64,000 nt of DNA. It comes from Octopus vulgaris (lineage: Eukaryota). Under the pieces are notes generated by a model. That model was not told the origin of the DNA, ran no database searches, and was given only the letters and a program-made list of their open reading frames with translations. The position numbers and the translations under genes were made by a program. Of the stretch, positions 51,576 through 64,000 are shown piece after piece. The stretch spans positions 63,054,001 through 63,118,000 of the forward strand of contig OX597825.1 of the NCBI GenBank assembly GCA_951406725.2. Reading direction: 5' to 3'. How positions within the stretch are numbered: the first letter of the stretch is position 1; each line of letters starts with the position of its first letter.

Positions 51576-52474
51576 TGTGTTCACCTACTAACTGTATATA
51601 ACTATATATATATATTATATAGCTTATAAGTATATGGGCATGTATGTGTTTGCTTTGGTTTTCCCACCACCTCAAACTCACTTCTTGTTGATATCCCTTG
51701 TAACCAAAAAGTGCAGCAAAAGTGACCTTTAAAATAAGTAGCAGATATAGAATAACTACTGGGGTTGATTTGTTTGACTAAACCAACAAATTCTACAAGC
51801 ATTAAGAGAATAAGAGAGTAGAAAGAATGTTTTCCATCTACAATGTCCCATTTTTCCTTTGTTGGATGAGTCATTTTGAGGCAATTTCCCAAACATTCTG
51901 TGTCCACATGCCTTTCCTATCACCAACACTTAGATTTTATATGTAGATGTATATTATTCTATTGGGTTCATGCATCAAAATTGCTGAGATGTAAGGTTTT
52001 TTGGTTACAAGACACGTAAGCCTGTCCCCCATCGTTGCTAAAATAGTGTAATATGAAGACACATGAACAACAAATAATCACACACATACACACACATCTT
52101 CCTCATCGTCGTTGTCCTTTAACATCCACTTTCATGCTAGCATGGATTGGATGGTTTAATATGGAACTGGTCAGCTTGGAGTAGTCCACACTCTAATTGT
52201 CTGTTGTGGAATGGTTTTTATGGCTGGATGCCCTTCCTAATGCCAACCACTTAACAGAGTGAGCTGGGTGCTTTTTACATACCCCAGCATACATGTGTAA
52301 ACACACAGCCTAATGAATGTGAGAGTATATGTGCAGAAGATGGAGATATATACAGATAGCTAGCTAGCTAGATACATACATAGGTAGATAGATAGATAGA
52401 TAGATAGATGGATGGATGGATGGATGGATGGGTAGTTGGATGGATGGATAGATAGATAGATAGGTAGATAGATA

Positions 52475-52610
52475 GGTGGCGAGCTGGCAGAAACGTTAGC
52501 ACGCTGGGTGAAATGCTTATCGGTATTTCGTCTGCCGTTATGTTCTGAGTTCAAATTTCGCCGAGGTTGACGTTGCTTTTCATCCTTTCAGGGTCGATAA
52601 ATTAAGTATA
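52475..52610 (+). mobile_element. SINE family B 5' part within (GATA)n
   Basis: Head and core match. Confidence 0.88.
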
Positions 52611-52812
52611 GATAGACAGATAGATAGATAGATAAATAGATAGATAGATAGATAGATAGATATGTTTCTTTATTAGCCACACAGGGCTGAACACAGAGGG
52701 GACAAATTACAATGTAGAGCTTTTCTTTTGGGGGATAAAAAAAGGAAAATAAAAATAAAAATAAAAAAATAGATGTATATGTAGATAGATAGAAATATAG
52801 ATAGGTAGGTAA

Positions 52813-52851
<39 letters not shown>

Positions 52852-52852
52852 T

Positions 52853-52909
<57 letters not shown>

Positions 52910-53549
52910 CATACAGACAGTCATATTGAACATGCTATAATACTGGGCTCACTTGCCTAAAATTAAGAGGAAGAGATGAAAACAAAATACACAGAAAAAG
53001 AGAAATACAATTATTAGTCAGCTAAAGAATATTTTACCCCCACCCCACCCCCGCAATAAAAAAGACACTATTTCTAAACAGGAATTGATATTTATTCAAT
53101 TGAAAGTGTGCTTCATGTATTTTTAATTTCAAGGAAAACAATCAGATATATGATTACATAAATTGATCTAAGTACCATTTGCAGTAATTGAAGACACTTC
53201 AATTTATTTAAATGATTTCGGTAAGTTGTTATTTCTATGCTACACATAGTTTTAAGATATTACCAACAGTTTTCCAAATGTTCCACATATTGGCGTAAAC
53301 ACAAGTTAATGGTTTTGAGGATTTCATAGCAGCATTAACAATATTCATATCTTAAAGAAATATTCATCACTGATAGATATTAATTTTGTTTGATATGCAT
53401 TGATGGCAATTGATGTGTTTTAAACAATGAATATATACTTAACTATGAAAATGTACATGTTTTCTTATGGACATATTTCTGTGTAATAACTGTTTGTGTT
53501 TGAATGTGGATTCTTAAATAGATTGATAAATTTATAGATAGTTAGATAG

Positions 53550-53900
53550 ATAATTCCTTTATTGGCCACACAGGGCTGCACACATATGGGACAAATTACA
53601 TAGGTAGAGACTTTTCTTTTGTGGGATGAGAAAAAAAAACCCAAAAAAACAAAAAAACCAAAGAAACAAAAAAAAAGTGGCATAGGTTTTCAATCAAAAG
53701 GAAACGTAAAAGGGGAAAAAGAAAAAAAAGAAAAGGAAAAAAAGGAAAATAAAAAAAAAAAAGGAAGAAAAGAGGAAAAAAAAGGTAGAAACGATCAGAT
53801 AGGGATCGTGTATCAGGATGGACGGAGGAACTTAACAAAGATGGATGATAGCAAGAGAGAGAGGTGCAGAAACCAAGTAATAGATATAAGAGATGTGTTG
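53550..53900 (-). mobile_element. Probable LINE 3' UTR sharing its tail with SINE B
   Basis: CCTTTATTGGCCACACAGGGCTGCACAC..GGGACAAA; a second copy of the tail lies at 52665-52735. Confidence 0.5.
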
Positions 53901-53989
53901 GGTGAGTAATAGTGAGGGTTATTAATGAGGTGTGATATATACAGGGTTATTCAAAAAGAATGAACTGATTTCATTACGCAATATTTTAA

Positions 53990-54670
53990 AAAGAAAAAGC
54001 AATAGAAATCTGAAGAATAAATGATAATCAGATGCTGGATATGGTGGGTAGGGCATCATTTCCCTCTCAAACTGCTCCTGCCGTTGGAATATCAACCTTA
54101 CTGTATGTGGTTGAGCATTATCCTGATGGAAGAACACCTTTCATCTTGAAACCAAAGATGGTCATTTTCCTACTTGCGCTGACTCGAATGACCAAATCCA
54201 AGCTTCTCTGCTAGTTCCTCAAACAATTATGAATGACATTTTGTTCCACCAAGGTTTGCAAGATATCCTTGTCAAGCTCTACACATCTTCCTGGATGAGG
54301 CTCATCTTATAGGCTGTAGTTTCCGTCTTGGAATTTCTGAAACCACCATTGACACTGGCTTACACTTATTGTCCGATCTCCATATACTGCATTAATGTTC
54401 CTCGCACTTTCCATTGCGTTATTGCCTTTATTGAACTCATAAACTAAAATATGCTGAATATGCTCCTTTGTCACACTTCCATTATAGCTTTGAAAAAAAA
54501 TAACTGTTAAAATCGAACTGCACTCTTCAAAACTCACACTAAGAATAAGACCCAAGGTAAAATTATTATTTACTTTTATAGCAAGTTGATGCAGGTAGTA
54601 TATTCTGTCTCCCTCTGACTTTTAGTTCATGTGATTAGAAAAACCGCATTATTTATGGGATGACCCAATA
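53990..54670 (-). mobile_element. Internally deleted mariner related to 28177-29462
   Basis: TIR TATTGGGTCATCCCATAAATAATGCGG; VTKEHIQHILVYEFNKG..WFQKF; FHQDNAQPH..PYPPY..SDYHLF. Confidence 0.85.
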
Positions 54671-55057
54671 TATGAGTGAAGAGAGAGAGACAGAGACACA
54701 CAAATAGAAAAAAATTTAGGTATACAGATGAAGAACAGTCTGTACACACTCCACTGCAAACGTGTTCTACTATTTCCTTTCTGCCACCTTCAGAGGCCTC
54801 CAAGGCAAGAAACATTACAATGTTAAGTTACAAAACAGCTGGAAATTTATATGAAGCGAAGAAGAGGAAAGAAGCTCTACATAAATGAGGAAAAGTGTAA
54901 AATATTTAAAAAAATGCAATATATATAAATATATATACATATATACATATATATATACATATGTATATATATACACATATATATACATATATATATATAC
55001 ATATATATACATACATATATATATATATATATAAATAAATATACATAAATATACATA

Positions 55058-55093
<36 letters not shown>

Positions 55094-55552
55094 TATGTAT
55101 GTATATATATATATGCATATATATAATGAATATTTCCTTAAAAGGAAATAATATTGTAGGGAAAATCAGAGCATTGGAACAATGAAAGGATGTGCCCTAC
55201 AGCACTAAGGTTAGTATCCTAGTAATTTCTCCGATGGAATTAGAAATGTTCATTGTCAGTGGAATTATCTAGATCAGCCTCACTACATTTACCATTTTTT
55301 GCAAAAAATTGATGTGGATAATTTTTAGGTTAGGAACAAGGCCAGAAATGTGGGAGAAATAGGCTGAATCAGCTACATATTGCATAAAATTTTGTTGGGG
55401 CAGGGATCTAGTTATATTTTCAGATGTACAGAGGGATTAAAACTTACAAAATTATATATGCATATGTCATGTGTATATGTATATGTGTTTATCTGTCTGT
55501 CTGTATGTCTGTCTATCTATCTATCTATCTATCAATCAATCTATCTATCTAG

Positions 55553-56097
55553 TTACTCTTTTACTCTTTTACTTGTTTCAGTCATGTGACTGCAGCCATA
55601 CTGGAGCACCACATTTTTAATCAAGCAAATCGACCCCAGAACTTATTCTTTGAAGGCCTAGTACTTATTCTATCGGTCTCTTTTGCCAAACTGCTAAGTT
55701 ACAGGGACGTAAACACACCAGCATCGGTTGTCAAGCAATGTTTGGGGGACAAACAGAGACACACAAACATATACACACACTTACATATATTTATACATAT
55801 ATACGAGGGGCTTCTTTCAGTTTCCATCTACTGAATCCACTCACAAGGCTTTGGTTGGCCTAAGGCTATAGTAGAAGACACTTGCCCAAGGTGCCATGCA
55901 GTGGGACTGAACCCAGAACCATGAGGTTGGTAAGCAAGCTACTTACCGTGCAGCCACTCCTGCACCTACACATACCACACAGCCACTCCTGCACCTACTC
56001 TACTCTTACCACACAGTCACTCCTGCGCCTACCCTTACCACTTACCACACCGCCACTCCTGCACCTACTCTTACCACACAGCCACTCCTGCACCTAC
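55553..56097 (-). mobile_element. SINE family A with tandemly repeated head
   Basis: Body to ~55970, then ~4 extra ACCACACAGCCACTCCTGCACCTA units. Confidence 0.88.
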
Positions 56098-56234
56098 AAA
56101 TATTAAATATTGGCTACATGATGTCATCATATAATGGAAATGTCCATGCTACTGGAATTTACATCACACAGTATCCATAGATTTTTAAAGAGAAACACAA
56201 ATGAAAGAAAATGGCATTAATGACATTCTTTACT

Positions 56235-56342
56235 TAAAATGTCTACAAGTGTTTCAACACACTTTAGTACATTGATGAGATGTTGTGTAATCATTATCTT
56301 GAAAACAATACATAAAATGCCTCTCCTCAGGTGATAGTTTAA
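56235..56342 (-). ncRNA. Candidate degenerate type I hammerhead ribozyme with long stem II
   Basis: Minus strand: CTGAGGA-GAGGCATTTTATGTATTG..CAATGTACTAAAGTGTGTT-GAAA-CACTT-GTA; stem I imperfect. Confidence 0.4.
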
Positions 56343-56573
56343 ATAAGTCTTTCGTTAGGATCTCCTACCATTTTGTACAGTGTGATGGTAATGCATACCC
56401 AAAGAGATGTGTTATTCCTAACAGTTTACAGACAAAACTAGACACATGGATTTAGTGACAGACAAAATACAAAATACATAAATAAGAAAATAGACAAAAG
56501 AAAATAAAATGGTCAGATTGACTATAAACTACCGTTCTTTTTTAATGATTAGAGTATAAGAGAGAAAGTTTAT

Positions 56574-56972
56574 AAGGCGCAGGAGTGGCTGTGTGGTAAG
56601 TAGCTTGCTTACCAACCACATGGTTCCGGGTTCATTCCCACTGCGTGGCACCTTGGGCAAGTGTCTTCTACTATAGCCTTGGGCCAACCAAAGCCTTGTG
56701 AGTGGATTTGGTAGATGGAAACTGAAAGAAGCCCGTCATATATATATGTGTATGTGCGTGTATATGTTTGTGTGTCTGTGTTTGTCCCCCCAACATCACT
56801 TGACAACCGATGCTGGTGCGTTTATGTCCCCATAACTTAGTGGTTCGGTAAAAGAGACCGATAGAATAAGTACTAGGCTTCCAAAGAATAAGTCCTGGGG
56901 TCGATTTGCTCGAGTAAAGGCAGTGCTCCAGCATGGCCACTGTCAAATGACTGAAACAAGTAAAAGAGTAAA
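56574..56972 (+). mobile_element. SINE family A
   Basis: Full-length homology. Confidence 0.92.
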
Positions 56973-57419
56973 GGCTGAAGAATAAAATGATATATAAAAC
57001 AAAATTATTCTTTATCCTATTCTTTAGAATAAAAGAGATTGACAGATAGATAGAAACAGAATGAGAGAGAGAGAGGAAGAGAGAGAGAAAGTTAATGTTA
57101 TATGAATTTTATAAACTTTTGAGAGAACATGAATTATTTATTTTTTGGAAGAGTGAATCTCGTAGCAAATACAATGCTACAAGTAATGGCATAGAAATAG
57201 TCAGTTGAAAAATCCCTTTTATACTGTAAACTTTGAAGGATGCCTCTGGGACATGGACCCACAGCTTCTATGATCATGACACCTGTTCCACCACAGGCTG
57301 CCTTCAGGTTTTCTATCCAGAAAAGTTTTCCAGCTCAACATTTACATGCTATTAATTATAGCTTTATATGCTTTGAGATGAACTGTTCCAAAAAGACAAT
57401 TATATATATATATATACAT

Positions 57420-57760
57420 CCATGGCTGTGTGGTAAGAACCTTGCTTACCAACCACATAGCTCTGGGTTTAGTCCCACTAGGTTCAATCACACATTGGGC
57501 AAGAATCTTCTATTAAAGCCTCTGGCTGACCAAAGCCTGGTGAGTGTGTCATTGTTTTTGTCCCCTTCCCTCACTGCTTGACAACCAGTGTTGGTGTGTT
57601 TACATCCCTGTAACTTAGCAGCTTGGCAAAAGAGACCAATAGAATAAGTACTAGACTTTAAAAAATAAGTCCTGGGGTCAATTTGTTTGACTAAAACCCT
57701 CCAAGGCAGTGCTCCAGGATGGCTGCAGTCAAATGACTGAATCAAGTAAAAGAATAAAAA
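57420..57760 (+). mobile_element. SINE family A, older variant
   Basis: Diverged head, conserved tail. Confidence 0.8.
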
Positions 57761-57934
57761 ATAAAAGAATGTATATATAAAGAGGAATTGGCTGGAAAGG
57801 ATTATTATTGAGTCAAGAATGATGAAACGAGTATTAGAGAAATATTACCTTTAAGACTAACTTCTGATAGTATGAAAGAATTTGTAAGACATGTGTAAGT
57901 AAATACAGTCTCCGAAACTTTCCTTTCTATGAAA

Positions 57935-58292
57935 AACTGTAATGTGTCTGTCTAACACCCGTGGACATGTTTACAAAGTCAGAAAACAGCACAGCTCCTA
58001 TGACTTTCAGAAACATTTTTTCACGCTGAGAGTTGCTGAAACATGGAACAAACAGCCACCAGCATCAGTTGTTAGTTGTCAGAGCACTGCATCCTTCAAA
58101 ACTTCCATGCTTCCTGAGATTTGCCAACACTACACCTGATTTTCTCCCCTCCATACACATGCAAGCATATATCTGACTCATACACTGTTCACTTCCCAGG
58201 CACTTGTACATTACTGCATATGCTTTATACACACTTTTGACAAATTGTGGTGCACCTAAGCACTGTATACAATAATTTCATTATTATTATTA
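57935..58292 (+). mobile_element. CR1-type LINE 3' end
   Basis: NTRGHVYKV..KHFFTLRVAETWNK..ASVVSCQSTASFK*, then 3' UTR and (ATT)n tail. Confidence 0.88.
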
Positions 58293-58444
58293 CATGAATA
58301 GAAACACCTGAGATTTGAAACAAGGATATGAGGCCTTTCAGTTGCATATTTTCTAAAAGTATTAGCAAGCACTTGAGACAAATCAAATCTGAATATTTGG
58401 AGAAGAGATACAGAAATTAATGCATGAGGTACATATACACAGAT

Positions 58445-58503
<59 letters not shown>

Positions 58504-59418
58504 ATCATATATATCAATGTATAAACACAACACATCATTCTCTATGTAATCCCACAGTCGAACAAGCTCAGTTAAGGAATTGCATACATCAACTAAATGC
58601 CTATCTGTATCTTACAAACCAGAGTTCTTTGACTCAAAGCAATAAGGAAATTCGTTAGAAAACCTAAACTAAATAGAACAATTATGAAGACAGATGTAAA
58701 ATATCTCACATTTCATTCCTGTGAGGATAAATTTCTCCTTTTCTTAAATTCAGCACATTTATTGGAAGTGGAATTATGAAGAATTATATTGCATCGATAA
58801 GATGGCAAGCAAAAGGGCAAATGTAAGGAAGATTACTAGAGGTGCTATTATGTAAAATAATATTCAGTAAGAATTGCACAGCAAATTTGGTGGGATTTAA
58901 AATAGATTAATGGAGAAAGGAATATACATATATACATATATATGTATATGTATGTATGCACAAATATATATATATCAGTGTGTTTGTGTATAGTGAAAAA
59001 GAAAACTAGCAAAGGAAATCAGAGAAATATATGAAAGAATTCGTTATTCAATCAGGTGATCGACAAATTAGGATAGATAATTCTATCAATATAAAGAATG
59101 CTTTGTGGCAACTTTAATACCAATGCAATATGTATAAAGCTCTGTGAATATCTGTGAAGAAAGTACAAATAGAGAAAAACATCCAAATATTGGCATTATG
59201 CTGTAAGATTGGAATATTCAAGTGAAGGGAATAAGCTGTCAGAAATGAAATATTAGCACTGAATAGAAAAAAAAGCAAAAGGGTTTAGAATATTGATTAA
59301 TAGGTAATGGTGTGAATGCCGGGCATTTGGTAAAATGGAGATTGCAGGAATAGTAAGTGGAAATATTTTTCTAAGATCGTTCTATAAGCACAAGGCATAA
59401 GCCACACGATAAACATAT

Positions 59419-59593
<175 letters not shown>

Positions 59594-60148
59594 CATATAC
59601 ATATATATATATACATACATATATATTATATTTGTATGTATATATACACATATGAGCGAGTATATGTGTAAACGTCTATCACTCACTTTGTTCTAACCTC
59701 TCCCTCTTTCTTTCCCTTATTCTCTCAACAGATACACAACCAAACACACGCACACACACATCTGTATATGCATACATATATATTCATATATATACATACA
59801 TATACATATATATATACACACACACACTCTCAGTTATGTGTGATCCATATAGAAATACAGTATACATATATATATATATGTATATATATATAGATATAGA
59901 TACATATATATATATGTATGTAAGTATAATATATATATATATATATATATACACATACACATATATACATATACATATTGTATATATATGGAACACACAT
60001 ACCTGTGAGTAGGTGTGTGTACGTGCTAAATACTTCAATATATCAATATATATTATTAATACAAATAGCCAAGTATCCATACATATATATATCCCCCTCT
60101 CACACATACGTACACACAAATAGATTTATGTGTGTATATGTGTATATA

Positions 60149-60188
<40 letters not shown>

Positions 60189-60263
60189 CACATATATATG
60201 CTTACACATATTTTTGTGTATATATATATATGTATATAGATACATACGTACATACACACACAC

Positions 60264-60297
<34 letters not shown>

Positions 60298-60829
60298 TAG
60301 TTAGATAGATAAAGAGACAGGCAGATAGGTGGAGAGAGAGTGAACAAGAGAAGGAGCTAGACAGAAAGATGATCAAAGAGATAGGCAAGCAAAATCGTTA
60401 AAATTAAAAACAATTTTCCTTCTCATTGCTTATTTCTTTACTTCTTTATTTACCATTGTCCATTTGAATAATGTGCCAAGAAATATTTGGTGCTTTTACA
60501 TCTGATCAACTTTATAAGTTTGTGTTTTATATTTTTTAAAGAAAGAATTTTTGTCTTTATTCATGTCTATAAGTTTTAATATTCCAATCAGAATATCTGC
60601 CAGGAATTCCTGGACCAAAGTATATCCCTTCTCGCACAGAGAGATTCTCTCCCATAAGCTGTTAATATTTTGTCAATGGGTTGAAAGCACAGACACAAAT
60701 ATGGAAGCACATTTGCACATATAAGCACATGATTATATATCCACACATATGTATGCATATACACACATAATCCAGAGATACACTTTAGATAGTATTGTAT
60801 AAATGCACATATATATATATGTATGTATG

Positions 60830-60894
<65 letters not shown>

Positions 60895-61106
60895 GTCTGT
60901 ATGTTCGTATGTGTGTGTGCATATGTATACACACACAGTTTATATAATATGTATATGTAGACCTATATACAGAATTTCTGCAAACACACTCATACACACA
61001 TTGTTTAAATGCAGAACAGCTGTCTTGTATTGAAAATGCATTTGTGTTCTAGTTTTGTTTTTTTATATGAAGTTTTTGTTTCCATATTTTCTTATGATTT
61101 ACTTAC

Positions 61107-61172
61107 CATTTGTTTAAGAACAGTAACATTTCTAAATCCCTCAGAACCATTGCTAGACATTCGTTTTCTCAT
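61107..61172 (-). CDS. Candidate first coding exon
   Basis: ATG..MRKRMSSNGSEGFRNVTVLKQM then consensus donor ATG/GTAAGT; lies in repeat-free sequence with several CpGs upstream (61370-61500). Confidence 0.25.
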
Positions 61173-61951
61173 CTTGCGGATGAAATGTTACTAGCATATG
61201 GTGCTGATATTATGCAGGCCAAACATCATTGGTGTACACCAGTTTTTATCAACCTTTCATAAAAACTGCACAGGCTTTCACTGAAGAACATTTTTACAAA
61301 ACCTTTCTACTCAATACAAAAACAGTTGCAGCATGGAAGGTGTTTATAAGCCATTTAAGAAACACACAAAAACCGTTAGATTCACTTCAACATTTAAATT
61401 TAATTTGTCAAAATATTTTCGTCGCTTTGAGACCGCGACCTGTTCACTGACAAAATTCCGTACTGCATCTCTCGCTATGCAAGTACATCTCCGTAATTTC
61501 TACTCAATGTTCAGGAAAAAGAACTGAATAAATAAACGAAAACTCCAGCAGATTATTAAATTCATGCAAAAACTAATTATCCACAGTTGCTTATTTTCTA
61601 TATTTTCTTGTAGTATTTCATCCAATTTGTATCATTGTTTTTGATATTTGTATATACAACTATTACATATTTTAAATTTTTATCAAAGTTCAAGAAAAAA
61701 GTGACGACTTTATGATGAAATTTTTTGTTTAGATTTATATTATTAATGGACATGACTAAATATAAAACAATGCAAAGAACGAAAAATATTGCAGTTGTAA
61801 TTCTAAGTATAATACATTTAGTTATATAACTAGTGTTAATAGATCAAATTATATCTGTATTTGGCTACATTTTCGTTGTAAAAAACGATGTGTCCTTATA
61901 AATAAATAAGTATAGCCAGATAGATAGACAGATATACATACATACATACAT

Positions 61952-61985
<34 letters not shown>

Positions 61986-62075
61986 TTGTATATATACATG
62001 TGTGTATATATATATGCATGTATGTATATATATATATGTACATATATATATAAATATTTACATATATGTGTGTGT

Positions 62076-62118
<43 letters not shown>

Positions 62119-62489
62119 TACACACACATATTGATATACACAAACACATTCACACAAAATTGGTTTCCATTACCCTGTAAACTGTGTATAACCTTATTTA
62201 ACCCTTTCAATTTTAATTTCTGAAATGTTCTAATCCATTTCATGCTGGCAAGAGTCTGGTTTTGATGTCATTTTCAAAGATTTTGATACTTTCCTAAACT
62301 TAAGTTTTTTTTATGAAGGTTGGATTTTTTCCAGTTTTTCTAATACTAACAGGATTTTTAATACGTTGGATCAAATGTTTTGTGGTTCTTGCTTTCACTT
62401 GTATAAATACTTAGTTCAGATCTTGCTTTGTAAATGAGACTTCAAGTTCTTCATTTTGGGGGTTGGTAGATTTTATTAAGTGCACAGAA

Positions 62490-62496
62490 ATTATTA

Positions 62497-62548
<52 letters not shown>

Positions 62549-62720
62549 TTTATGTTTGACTTTTGCTCTACATTTGTACAAGTTGGCTCCAAGTCTCACC
62601 CAGATACCTCAAGACACAACAAGTTGGAAGTTCATGTTGGTGTTATGCCTAGGGTGCCATATATTTGGTTTTGTACATAGTGTTGTTCTAGAGAATGTTA
62701 AAGAAACCATAAGAAAATTA
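62490..62720 (-). mobile_element. Possible R4/Dong-type 3' UTR ending in (AAT)n
   Basis: Minus strand GAGGTATCTGGGTGAGACTTGGAGCC.. runs into (TAA)n; family assignment from recall only. Confidence 0.35.
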
Positions 62721-63039
62721 TGTTTGTATTAAAACTTGAGATTACATAGAAAGTATTTTGCGTAGGATATGAGCAGTTCCCATGAGCACTATTCCATTAT
62801 GGTTGTTGTTGTTGTTATTATTATTATTATTCCTGATCAACTTTTTATATTTCACTTTTAGAGGAAGATAAGAGTAGAGTCAGAAGTGTTGCCTTTTTGT
62901 CAGTTTGCTGAAAGGCAGATGAAAGTGGCAAAAATGGTGCAAGTGAACAGGCCTTCCTTGAGCATATGTCTGTAATTGGGAAAAGGAAAAGAGAAAAGGC
63001 ACCTACCCCAAAAGTCAGGACACCAATGGTTTCTATTGG

Positions 63040-63230
63040 ATTTTTTCATGAGCAGCCCCAGAAATCTCCTCCCTGTTGAGGATTATACCTTGTTAGGTTC
63101 AAATGCTGCCAGGGTTGACTTCACACTTCATTCTTTCAGGGTTGATAAAATGAGTACCAGTTGAGCACTGGGGTTGACTTAAATCCTTCCTCAAAATTGC
63201 TGGCCTTGTGCCATAATTTGAAACCAATAT
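63040..63230 (+). mobile_element. Diverged SINE family B-related copy
   Basis: GGTTCAAAT..GTTGACTT..TTCATTCTTTCAGGGTTGATAAAATGAGTACCAG core. Confidence 0.7.
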
Positions 63231-64000
63231 TTTCCTTCAAATTTCACAACCACGTTTCAAACTAAACATACATTGCCTGTTTTAATTATTTTGAAAATAA
63301 TCACGATTGTGGAGAGATATGATTTAATAAAATAGCTTTGTTATTACTAACCAGCAGTTCAGAATGTAGATTCACAAAAGTGTCTTATATAAAATTACAA
63401 CAGATTTTAATTTGAAAATGCACTCTTTAAGGAGCAAGGAGGTTTTGCATGAGAGAACATCAGGCTGTCTTATGCAAATTGCTGTCACAAGTGTTAGAGC
63501 TGCCTAATATCAACTGCTTCCTTATTCTGTTATTCAACAAAGTAAGAAGATATTTGGTCTGTCCAACACAATCTGGCTGTAATTGTTGGCCGTTTATAAT
63601 TTAATGACCTGACATTTGCAACAATCTGATTGCAACGTTTATGAAATCTAGAGATCTTTCTGTAATGATATTTTTCAGGAAACTAAATAAATTTGATTTT
63701 CGGTTAAGAGATTACAACTTGCCTAATCTTTCAACCAATCACTGAAATAATCTTTATATGTGATTTGTGGAATCACAGTTGCTTCATATCTGTGCAATAT
63801 CATATTTCTTAGATCGTCTCAATGTTCACTGTGCATAATAAGCAGGATATTTAACAGGGAAGGGAAGAGAATTTGATTTAATGTGACCCCTGCATGACCT
63901 CAATAATGAATGAAGATACAATACAAAATGCTTTAAGTGAGAATGGAAATTATGTAGAATGTTTTAGCCGAAAGTCTGTTGATGCTGTATATTCTACAGC

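Noticed and set aside
57240-57310. Start of a 113-aa ORF or an exon
   Set aside because: It reads as a decayed tRNA-like SINE head on the minus strand, and the ORF runs on into SINE A

Overview
AT-rich eukaryotic DNA dominated by repeats. The SINE/LINE families and dense microsatellites point to an Octopus (coleoid cephalopod) genome, which is an inference from recalled families and not a database match. No intact protein-coding gene, rRNA, true tRNA gene or CRISPR array is visible, and most listed ORFs are microsatellite or SINE artefacts. The window holds four recurring tRNA-derived SINE families (my labels A-D), many RTE-LINE 3' ends, and fragments of R4/Dong, CR1 and Penelope retroelements. 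DNA transposon remnants include five decayed Tc1/mariner elements (one full length with TIRs), a complete but decayed Chapaev3-like element, three Helitron-like elements and several MITEs. The most interesting signals are three hammerhead-ribozyme-like motifs (two with no Penelope ORF nearby), a possible spliced minus-strand gene spread across the window, and repeated fold-back palindromes built from repeat sequence. I found no firm evidence of a wholly new biological system. Repeat boundaries are read by eye and are approximate unless a TSD or TIR is quoted.
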